A stretch of 64,000 nucleotides of DNA from Candidatus Thorarchaeota archaeon (lineage in GTDB: Archaea; Asgardarchaeota; Thorarchaeia; Thorarchaeales; Thorarchaeaceae). Below the pieces are notes generated by a model. It ran no database searches and had not been told where the DNA came from. It was given only the letters and a program-made list of their open reading frames with translations. Below, one piece after another: positions 17,692 through 25,949 of this stretch. The first letter of the stretch is position 1. Each line of letters begins with the position of its first letter. The stretch is from the NCBI GenBank assembly GCA_038893995.1, contig JAWAQK010000002.1, positions 45,367 through 109,366 of the forward strand. Direction: 5' to 3'. Position numbers and translations under genes: made by a program.

Positions 17692-18795
17692 GTGGGCCCT
17701 ATTATGGAACGTGGTGCCTGTTTCAAGGTCTGTGTCCTGCTGCTCGTTGTGCTCATGACCTGTAAGCCCGTTACTGTAAGTGCCCAGGTTCTGGATCAAG
17801 TCGTGGTACTTTTTGATGCCTCCCACTCGCCTCAGTTTGCTCCTGATGATGACGAACAGGGTCTGGGCCTGATACTCAAGATGGTGAACTCTTCAACAAG
17901 GTACATGGTGCGTGTTCACAAGGGTTCCCCGCTCAACACGAGTATCCTTGATGACGTGGACATACTGATCGTGGCATCGCCAGACAAGTCCAATCCATTC
18001 TCCCGCTCCGAAATCTTAGCCATATCGGAGTCAATTGCAAACGGAACTTCTCTTCTTGTTCTCGGAGACCCCTGTATTGACCAGAAATCAAAATACTGGT
18101 CTACTGAGCGACTTCGCGACATGGGCGAGAATATAGCTCTGAACCAGTTTCTTGACTCATTGAACATCAGTGCTGTTCGCTTCAGTATCAACTATACTGT
18201 TGGGGGTGATGCCTGGGGCGATACGATGTTCGACTATGATCACGCCCTGAATAAGACATCTCCCTCTGTAATCCGACTTGGCTCTGCATCGTGGGCCTCC
18301 GCGCACCCAATATTCCGGAACATAAACGAGCTGGTACTTATGACATCGACTCTCAAACCGCTCAATAGTTCCACATTGATCGGTAGGAGCGAAAAGAGCT
18401 CGTTTGCACAGTTCAGAAAGGGGCCAAATACCTTTGCGAACTTGAGTTTTCCGAACATGAGTCTTGAGGAATTCAGAAATCGTCCTCTCTCATATTCAGC
18501 CATCAACGGTACTTTCCCATCATGGCTCAGTGCTTTTGAGTATGGATCGAGTAGGGTTGTGATCTCCGGATCGACGATAATGTTCTCCGGCCTATCTCTT
18601 GACCTTCCTAGTTCTGATGCGCGGAAAGATGACAGATGGTTCTATACTGCGGACAATTCCAAGCTGTTCCTGAACATATTGAGTTGGCTCTCTGAACGCC
18701 ACGTCAGTCCTCCCAGTGCAATCACTCAGGTCTTGATAGTTTCATCAGTCCTTCTTGCAGTAGGGGTACTTTACTACGTTGTTCGAAGAGAGTAA
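17692..18795 (+). CDS. Secreted, C-terminally anchored glycoprotein with GIFT/DUF4350-like alpha/beta domain
   Basis: N-terminal signal peptide; VLFDASH, DILIVASP, GTSLLVLGD, RVVISGS..MFS, DN.KLFLNILSWL; C-terminal TM helix followed by RRE; 10 NxS/T sequons. Confidence 0.7.
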   Translation: MGPIMERGACFKVCVLLLVVLMTCKPVTVSAQVLDQVVVLFDASHSPQFAPDDDEQGLGLILKMVNSSTRYMVRVHKGSPLNTSILDDVDILIVASPDKSNPFSRSEILAISESIANGTSLLVLGDPCIDQKSKYWSTERLRDMGENIALNQFLDSLNISAVRFSINYTVGGDAWGDTMFDYDHALNKTSPSVIRLGSASWASAHPIFRNINELVLMTSTLKPLNSSTLIGRSEKSSFAQFRKGPNTFANLSFPNMSLEEFRNRPLSYSAINGTFPSWLSAFEYGSSRVVISGSTIMFSGLSLDLPSSDARKDDRWFYTADNSKLFLNILSWLSERHVSPPSAITQVLIVSSVLLAVGVLYYVVRRE

Positions 18796-18864
18796 CATCA
18801 TCAAGCACAGCGAGTGAATGAGGTGTTTCGACGCGCTGGCCACTCTACTGACATAGAGATTGTT

Positions 18865-21681
18865 CTACCAGAAACCCCGTGTCCTGGCGTATTGCTCTTC
18901 TGCTGCAGCAATTGCCCTAAGTAACGAGACTCTGTCCATTCTGCTAGGCGACAATATCCTGGATGCCATAGTCGGCCCGATGCCCCTTCCAGCTAGGACC
19001 ATGACTGCCCTCTTGCCGTACTCAGCCACTAGCTGAGCAGTAAGATCCATCTGTCGTACTAGCCTATTCGACGAAACCCTGTTCCGACGACCATCATAGG
19101 TACTATCCTTCTGGTCCCCCCTCCGGATCTTGAATACAGATATCATCCTTGATAGGCAGGTCGGGCACGTCACGATTTCGTCCAGTGAGTAGACCTTACG
19201 AACTGCGCTCCAGCTGCAGTTTCGGCACTGGAGCCGGAGTTCTGTGGATAGAAGCCTTCGCTCGAGCAGGGCGAGGATCTCTTCTTCCTCCAGGGTTTCG
19301 CCAACCAGTTCAAACCTGGACCTCCCTTCGACTATCGACTGTGCAAGTGGGGACATTGACGCTGGAATCACGATTTGAAATTGTATTCTGCCATTCCTGC
19401 AGTCTTCGAGGAACTCAATCACGCGTTTCTCATCCGTTTTCTGAAAGAGGACCTCGTTGAGTGCCTCATCGAACACGGGCGTGTTTCTCAGCAATCTGAT
19501 AAGATTTCTTGCTACGTTCGAGCTAGCCTCCGGTTCTATGACGCCCATTCTCTTGGCAACTTGTGCAAATCTGGACAGAAACGCATCTGTATTCTTTAGA
19601 GCCAACCGCAGCAGTGTTCTTGTCTGTGCAGCTTCAAGCCCTTTGAGCACGCATTCAATCTCGGAAGGGTCAATGTGCTGAGAGGTAGAGAGTAGTATCC
19701 TGTATGGATCGCTCTCCATTCCTATGTCAATCCCATGTCTTGTGGACAGAAGAGCAGACAGCAGCAGGCCAAGTGTCTCATTGGCCCTTGTTCCCAGAGG
19801 CACATGAACAACGAGCCCCATACTTGTGCTCTCGATGACGACGCGCTTGACAGATGGAATCACGCCAAGTATATGCATGCTAGCGTCGATGCACTGTATC
19901 ACATACTCTGCTGCTTCCTTAGTCAGCCGATATCGTTTCTCTAGCCATTTGCAAGCCCTCTTCTTTGTCATGGTTGCGACGTGATTCCAAACGGAAGACA
20001 CTTCGACAGCCACCTCATAAGGAACTGGAATCATCTCTCCCGTCCATCGCGGAGGCGCAGTATCAGTACTGACTGCAGGTCTGCATAGTACCTCCTCATC
20101 TATGCTGACGACATCGTACGTCCTACCTGCAATCACAAGGCTCGTACCTGCCGCCACATTGGTCTTGACATACTCCTCATCGAGGACTCCTACAGTTCTC
20201 CTTGTCAGTATGTCCAATACTGGTACTTGTCTGACATCGGGTATTGTTCCCAGATGTTCGTAGTAGAACTTCCTTGTCCTCCTCGTGGCTGCAACACGGT
20301 CTCCAATAACTGAGATCAGAGATCTCCGCTTCATGAACTCTATGAGACGCTCGATGTGTGATCTGTTGAACATCCTGAACGGACATGTTTCCCTTGTCAT
20401 CTCAAGCAGCTCGGTCAAGCTCACACTCCCGGAATCCAAGACAGCACCACATATCTGATGGCAGAGGACATCCCACGATTCCATCGGTATCTCGACATGC
20501 TCGACCTTGTTCAGAATTGCTCTCCGCACAATTACACCTGACTCAGTCACATCATCGAGGTTCATTGTTGCGATGACAACACCCTCTGCAGCACCCCCTA
20601 CCCGATGAGATGCTCTCCCTGCCCTCTGCAATTCCCTTGATACATTACGTGGACTGCTATACTGTACCACGAGGTCCGCCTGGCCTATGTCTATTCCTAG
20701 CTCCAGACTGGAAGTAGCTATCATTGCTTTGCAAGAGCCATTCTTGAACTCGTCTTCTGCCTCAAGCCGTTCGGACTTCGAGAGAGAGCCATGATGGACT
20801 CTGAGCTTGAGTGACGGATCGATTACCCTCATCTTAAGACCTAGTAGTTCAGCAAACGATCGCGTGTTGGTGAATATCAATGTCGAACTGTGTGTGTTTA
20901 TCAGATCTAGGATCCTCTTCAGTCGCGCCACGTTGTATGGTGAGACCTTGATCTCCCGAGCAATCCTCATGTCTTCGTCATCTGGCACGGGCATCTCAAC
21001 CCGTAGAATCATCCGTCGTGATTCAAATCCTCCCCAGATGATTCTGACGTACTGATCCGTTCCGCCCAACCATCCAGCAACAGTCCTGGGGTTACCAACA
21101 GTGGCCGAGAGTCCTATGCGCTGAATTCGTGAACCGGCTATTCTCTCAAGTCTCTCCAGACCGAGACTGAGCTGTACACCTCTCTTGCTACCGGCCAGTT
21201 CGTGTACCTCATCAATCACGGCCGTTCGTACGTTTCTGATGTGCATCTGCATTCTCGGAGCAGGGATGATCGCCTGTAGTGTTTCGGGAGTGAGGATCAG
21301 CAGGTCTGGTGGATTCTCCAATTGCTTCTTGCGGAAGTGTTGTGATGTGTCTCCGTGACGTACACTCACACTCAGACCAACATGGGTACAGATTCTCTCG
21401 ATGCGCTCGAGCAGATCCCTGTTCAGCGCACGAAGTGGGGTTATGTATAGCAGCCTCACGCCGCCTGAAGAACGATCGTCAGTCTGTTCTAACATCTTAC
21501 TTAACAGTGGAAGCAGTGCTGCCTCCGTCTTTCCAGATCCCGTGGGAGCTACGATCAGGAAGTTATCTCTGGACCGAAGAATCTCGGGTATTGCTGCTAC
21601 CTGAATTGGAGTTGGTTCGACTATTCCTCTATCTGCTAGGACTTCTCTTATCCGATCATGCAACAGCTCAAACACATTCAT
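18865..21681 (-). CDS. lhr: Lhr-family SF2 ATP-dependent helicase
   Basis: APTGSGKT, YITPLRAL, DEVH, GLSAT, HHGSLS, SSLELGID, QRAGRA; C-terminal Zn ribbon. Confidence 0.92.
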   Translation of the reverse strand: MNVFELLHDRIREVLADRGIVEPTPIQVAAIPEILRSRDNFLIVAPTGSGKTEAALLPLLSKMLEQTDDRSSGGVRLLYITPLRALNRDLLERIERICTHVGLSVSVRHGDTSQHFRKKQLENPPDLLILTPETLQAIIPAPRMQMHIRNVRTAVIDEVHELAGSKRGVQLSLGLERLERIAGSRIQRIGLSATVGNPRTVAGWLGGTDQYVRIIWGGFESRRMILRVEMPVPDDEDMRIAREIKVSPYNVARLKRILDLINTHSSTLIFTNTRSFAELLGLKMRVIDPSLKLRVHHGSLSKSERLEAEDEFKNGSCKAMIATSSLELGIDIGQADLVVQYSSPRNVSRELQRAGRASHRVGGAAEGVVIATMNLDDVTESGVIVRRAILNKVEHVEIPMESWDVLCHQICGAVLDSGSVSLTELLEMTRETCPFRMFNRSHIERLIEFMKRRSLISVIGDRVAATRRTRKFYYEHLGTIPDVRQVPVLDILTRRTVGVLDEEYVKTNVAAGTSLVIAGRTYDVVSIDEEVLCRPAVSTDTAPPRWTGEMIPVPYEVAVEVSSVWNHVATMTKKRACKWLEKRYRLTKEAAEYVIQCIDASMHILGVIPSVKRVVIESTSMGLVVHVPLGTRANETLGLLLSALLSTRHGIDIGMESDPYRILLSTSQHIDPSEIECVLKGLEAAQTRTLLRLALKNTDAFLSRFAQVAKRMGVIEPEASSNVARNLIRLLRNTPVFDEALNEVLFQKTDEKRVIEFLEDCRNGRIQFQIVIPASMSPLAQSIVEGRSRFELVGETLEEEEILALLERRLLSTELRLQCRNCSWSAVRKVYSLDEIVTCPTCLSRMISVFKIRRGDQKDSTYDGRRNRVSSNRLVRQMDLTAQLVAEYGKRAVMVLAGRGIGPTMASRILSPSRMDRVSLLRAIAAAEEQYARTRGFW

Positions 21682-21916
21682 CGGCTAGCTTTCCTTTCTT
21701 GATGCGGCGCTGAAAGTCATTGATGACTATCCGTATGTCGGTCGATAGGGTGATATCCGCTTGTCTTGCAAGCTCTTGAAGCTTGTCCAATGCGCTCTCA
21801 CATAGAACATTCTCTGAAACTATCTCTTCGATTATCGTTCTCATCTCTCGAAGATACACTAGATATGGGGCACATGACTGGAATGACTCGGCAAGCAGTG
21901 TCCTGCATGAATCTAT
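21668..21916 (-). CDS. Small conserved hypothetical helical protein (start uncertain)
   Basis: Open frame between the OST4-like ORF and lhr, overlapping the lhr start; GGTGA RBS precedes an ATA at 21916, first in-frame ATG gives MRTIIEE. Confidence 0.5.
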   Translation of the reverse strand: MDSCRTLLAESFQSCAPYLVYLREMRTIIEEIVSENVLCESALDKLQELARQADITLSTDIRIVINDFQRRIKKGKLADECV

Positions 21917-21926
21917 ACGTTCACCA

Positions 21927-22037
21927 TCATTCTTCAGATTGTTCCTGCCCCCAAACGCTGTAGGCCAGAATGAACACCAAGGCGAACAATCCAAGCATCA
22001 ACATGACTATGTAGAGCACATTCTGAAGCGTCTGCAT
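21927..22037 (-). CDS. 36-aa single-pass membrane microprotein, OST4-like (not in ORF track)
   Basis: MQTLQNVLYIVMLMLGLFALVFILAYSVWGQEQSEE*; TATA-like TTTTAAG about 30 nt upstream; one uncharged TM segment. Confidence 0.6.
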   Translation of the reverse strand: MQTLQNVLYIVMLMLGLFALVFILAYSVWGQEQSEE

Positions 22038-22093
22038 TGGAATCTGGCGACTCTGCGTCTAGTGCACTTAAAACAGTTGCTACTGCCCGTTGC

Positions 22094-22342
22094 CTACTCA
22101 GATCTTTGCATCTCTGAGAATCTGTCGACAAATGTCCCGTAGACGTCAACCGGTTCAGTTAGAGAGGTCACCTTCTCGATCGTCATGTCAAGCCCGCACG
22201 ACCCACATCTGACGGTGGCAATGCCCTCCTCCTGATACACTTCAATCTTTATTGCAACCTCTCCGCAGTTAGGGCACGCGTACACGTCGGGAATTCGCTT
22301 CTGGGGTCGTCGAATCACCTTTTGCCTACGTCTTCTTCCCAT
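22094..22342 (-). CDS. elf1: Transcription elongation factor Elf1
   Basis: MGRRRR, CPNC...CGSC, EPVDVY..FVD. Confidence 0.92.
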   Translation of the reverse strand: MGRRRRQKVIRRPQKRIPDVYACPNCGEVAIKIEVYQEEGIATVRCGSCGLDMTIEKVTSLTEPVDVYGTFVDRFSEMQRSE

Positions 22343-22492
22343 TAGATCACCCTTGTCGTTTCTTCATCTGGATGAGCAAGGATTATGGAGAATAAAGCCA
22401 GCCAAGGGTCCCGGGGGCCTGTTTTAAGCATTTTGATGCCTCAGTGACCCAAACAAAAGACTTCTTATTGGGAAGGTGTCGCACTTGCCCAA

Positions 22493-22732
22493 ATGTCCTC
22501 CCTCAGTAAGAACCTAAGATGTATTCTCCGGATCTTGGAAGACAAAGGTCCCCTCACCACAGCAGAGATACTTCAGGCTGCTAACTCTGAAGCATACCGC
22601 GGTATATGCGATGAGTGTGTGGGAGGCGACTCGTTTGTTGCTGCTGCAAATCAGCTCGTGGAAATGGGACTTGTGACGAAACAGCTGCGAAAAGGTGGAT
22701 ACCACTGGCAAAGGACGGGTGTGAGCGCGTGA
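22493..22732 (+). CDS. Small winged-helix protein with CxxC insert
   Basis: ILRILEDKGPLTTAEI...CDEC...LVEMGLV...GGYHW; stop overlaps the desulfurase start (GTGA). Confidence 0.65.
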   Translation: MSSLSKNLRCILRILEDKGPLTTAEILQAANSEAYRGICDECVGGDSFVAAANQLVEMGLVTKQLRKGGYHWQRTGVSA

Positions 22733-23973
22733 CGGACTGGAAGAGAATCAGAGGGGACTTTCCCGTTCTCAGTAGACTGATTCGAGGAAAGCCCATAGTG
22801 TACCTTGACAGTGCATGTATGGCACTCAAGCCAAGACAGGTCATTCGTGCCATGAACGACTACTATGAACTCCAGTCTGCGTGTGGCGGTCGCAGTCTGC
22901 ATACACTTGGTAAGGAGGTTTCCGACGCTGTTCATGTAGCACGAGAGAGTATGTGCAGATTCATCAATGCATCCGACAGTCGCGAGTGCATATGGACGAA
23001 GAATGCCACCGAATCCTTGAATATCGTTGCACATTGCGTGGAACTTCCAAAGGGGTCGAAGATCGTCACAACATCACTGGAACACCATAGTGGCTCGTTG
23101 CCATTTGTTGAACGCGCTCGGCATGACGGACTAAAACTGGAAGTGGTAAAGTCCAGGGATGACGGGACGTTTGACATTGAGGATTGGAAACGTGCAATCG
23201 ACTCAGACACTCGACTTGTATCTGTTGTGCATTCATCGAACGTCACTGGAACAGTCGCCCCCCTACGAGAGATTGTTGAGATCGCACACGACAGGAACGC
23301 ACTTGTTGTTTCTGATGACGCGCAATACGCTCCACACCATCCCATGGACGTTCGTTCCTCCGACGTAGACTTCTCTGCAATCTCGATCCATAAGATGTGC
23401 GGACCTACCGGGATGGGCCTTCTCTACGGCAAGCTCGAGCATCTTGAGTCGATGAAGATGTTTGTCACAGGTGGTGACACGGTCAGCGATGTACGTTTCG
23501 AGGACGGTGAGATCCTGCCTACTTACCTCGGTCCTCCCGCCAAGTTTGAGGCGGGGCTTCAAAACTACGCTGGAATAATAGGATCGGGAGCAGCCGTCGA
23601 CTATCTAACTTCTGTCGGTATGCATAATGTGGAGCACAGAGAGTATGCTCTCCTTCGTGCAACACTCAGACAATTGAAGGACATCAAGGGAATCAGAATC
23701 ATTGGTCCCGACGATCCTGACCTTAGATCTGGCGTGGTTACATTTACGGTGGACGAGATTAGATCCGCACACGATGTTGCACTCTTTCTGAGTGAAGAGC
23801 ATAACATCATGTGTAGATCCGGTTGGCACTGTACCGGCCCCTATCATTACCAGGTCGGAATACCCCCCGTCTATGGTACCGTCCGTGCAAGCTTCTACTT
23901 GTATAACAATATGGATGATGTTCGCACGTTCCTTCACGCGCTCTGCGACCTTCTGGAATCTAGCATGGAATAG
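22729..23973 (+). CDS. sufS: Cysteine desulfurase, SufS/group II family
   Basis: YLDSA, NATESLN, EHHS, HSSNVTG, DDAQ, SIHKMCGPTG, FEAG, RSGWHC; GTG start at 22729. Confidence 0.9.
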   Translation: MTDWKRIRGDFPVLSRLIRGKPIVYLDSACMALKPRQVIRAMNDYYELQSACGGRSLHTLGKEVSDAVHVARESMCRFINASDSRECIWTKNATESLNIVAHCVELPKGSKIVTTSLEHHSGSLPFVERARHDGLKLEVVKSRDDGTFDIEDWKRAIDSDTRLVSVVHSSNVTGTVAPLREIVEIAHDRNALVVSDDAQYAPHHPMDVRSSDVDFSAISIHKMCGPTGMGLLYGKLEHLESMKMFVTGGDTVSDVRFEDGEILPTYLGPPAKFEAGLQNYAGIIGSGAAVDYLTSVGMHNVEHREYALLRATLRQLKDIKGIRIIGPDDPDLRSGVVTFTVDEIRSAHDVALFLSEEHNIMCRSGWHCTGPYHYQVGIPPVYGTVRASFYLYNNMDDVRTFLHALCDLLESSME

Positions 23974-24059
23974 CCATTGTCAAACTGTTTCTTTGGACAC
24001 CTGCATCCGGATTCCTTTCGTTAGACGCACGGCACGGTCTCACGTTGCGGTCTGACCTC

Positions 24060-25817
24060 TCAACCCAACTTACTGAGGTCCTCTTCGACCTCCTGTCTCA
24101 AGCGCCTTATCTCCTCAAACAGACTGGATTCCTGGACCTCCCTGGCTGACACCTCGAAAGAGTCTCTGAATTTCCTCACAGTACCACGGACTGTAATTCT
24201 GGCCCCTCTTATCTCTTCTAAGAGTCCGGTTCCCCCTTTCCCCTTCTCGCTGATTTCAATCGCACTGGCCCGTGCCAACTCCTCTGCAACAGAGTCGAAC
24301 AGAGTGACCCTCACTGTGTTTCCAGATCCATCATCCAGCGTGATCTTGTATAGGAGAATTGGCACCGGCTTGTGCACCTTTCCGTGTGCACTACACGCGT
24401 ATCCTTCCTCAGATTCATCCACCTTCTTTCTACATCCCGGGTGATCACAGGCCAAGTAGAATATGTCCGACTCCTGTACTGCCACTACTATTCCCTCAAC
24501 CTCAATGTATTTCTTCTCGAATGAATCGTCTATGTCGCACATTCTGACCCTCTTAGGTCTAGGTTGCAAGTGTTCCTCGAGAGATGAGATCTCCACATCT
24601 GTGATCACGATGTCCTCTGGGTTTCTCTCCAGTTCTCCCTGTCTTCCCACATGAAGTTCCGGTTCTCCTCGAATCCCCTCCTTCACATAACAATGCCTGA
24701 TCCTTACCAGATCTCCTTCTCTGAGTTGAGAAGCCAGCTCCGCCTTCTCGTTCCAGAATGTGACTCTGACGGCTCCTGAATTGTCCGCGACCACGACGTT
24801 TCTGAGCCTGCCACTTCTCCCCTCCTTCTCGAATCTCCTTTCCTCCATCACACTTATGACCTTGGCCTCTATGTCCACATCGGTCATGCTGGTTTCGAGT
24901 CTCGAAATGGGTGTGAGTCCAACAGATCTAGTCTGCGTTTCGAAACTGGCCTGGTCAACATCGATCTTGTAATCCAGGTTTCTTTCAATCACTGATGATC
25001 TGCCGGCATGAACCTCTATCTCGCCATTAAGTCCCTGCTTGGTGTAAGCCCCCGTGAGTCTTACTACCTCCCCCACATTCACATCCTTCATCTTCTCTGC
25101 ATGGGCGTCCCAAAACACTATTCTGGCCGATCCTGTTTCATCAGCGCCTCTGATACTCATGATCGTCCCTTTCGTGCCATCTCGACTGCGCGTAAATGTC
25201 TTGAGTCCCTGTGTTTGGACAACTTTGAATACTAGTGTGATGTCGCTTGCTGGAACCTGAAGACTACCGATCTTGACCGTTTCCTGTTTCACATTGACTA
25301 CGGACTTGAATACATCCGCTTCTTCTCCGTCCATGACCCTCATCTCCCCTGTGTGGCCGAGGCTCAACTCAAGGGCATCTCTTAGTCCCCTCCTTGCAGA
25401 GGCTCCTCGTATCTGGATCACATCACCGACAGAGATCTCGCCTTCTTCTACGACCTTCGTCTTGTCATCCCACAGGGCAACTCGTATCTGTCCTGACTCA
25501 TCTGCTACGACGATACTGGCTACCTTGCCTTCTCCACTACTCTTAGAGAAGGTCCTCACTGGGTCAATCCTTACTATCATTGCTGTAAGCACAACATTCC
25601 TCATGTTCTCATTCAGATCTGATATGCGCATCCTTGAAGACCTGGGCTGCTGTAGGTCGACACCAAGTTCTCTCGCGACGATCATGGCCGCAGACTCGTC
25701 ATTGATCAGGTCCATTCCAATATGCTGACGCTTCTTTCGGATGAGGTCCAGGATCTGCTTTCGGTCGTACTCCGTGTTTCTCAATACTATCTCAATCATT
25801 TCTTCTAGTGTTAGCAA
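24060..25817 (-). CDS. rpa: Replication protein A, large subunit (multiple OB folds plus Zn finger)
   Basis: N-terminal helical domain (MIVARELGV); three OB folds (ADESG/ADETG/ADNSG..FW); C-terminal OB fold with CDHPGC...CSAH and LDDGSG. Confidence 0.9.
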   Translation of the reverse strand: MLTLEEMIEIVLRNTEYDRKQILDLIRKKRQHIGMDLINDESAAMIVARELGVDLQQPRSSRMRISDLNENMRNVVLTAMIVRIDPVRTFSKSSGEGKVASIVVADESGQIRVALWDDKTKVVEEGEISVGDVIQIRGASARRGLRDALELSLGHTGEMRVMDGEEADVFKSVVNVKQETVKIGSLQVPASDITLVFKVVQTQGLKTFTRSRDGTKGTIMSIRGADETGSARIVFWDAHAEKMKDVNVGEVVRLTGAYTKQGLNGEIEVHAGRSSVIERNLDYKIDVDQASFETQTRSVGLTPISRLETSMTDVDIEAKVISVMEERRFEKEGRSGRLRNVVVADNSGAVRVTFWNEKAELASQLREGDLVRIRHCYVKEGIRGEPELHVGRQGELERNPEDIVITDVEISSLEEHLQPRPKRVRMCDIDDSFEKKYIEVEGIVVAVQESDIFYLACDHPGCRKKVDESEEGYACSAHGKVHKPVPILLYKITLDDGSGNTVRVTLFDSVAEELARASAIEISEKGKGGTGLLEEIRGARITVRGTVRKFRDSFEVSAREVQESSLFEEIRRLRQEVEEDLSKLG

Positions 25818-25949
25818 TGGAATTCCCTTCGATTCCAGTGTGTTTCACCTGAAATTACCCGCTGGCCACCTTTAAACGTCTTCATTGATGGATCTCTTCA
25901 CCGTCATGATGATAAGCGACCAGATCATCCTCTGCGTTCGCGAACTGAC

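Noticed and set aside
21934-22149. 71-aa minus-strand ORF and the 5' part of the 21668-21994 ORF
   Set aside because: Overlap elf1 and the better-supported 36-aa TM ORF in another frame
22615-22728. Cys-rich N-terminal extension of the desulfurase
   Set aside because: An alternate frame of the upstream wHTH gene; the real start is GTG 22729
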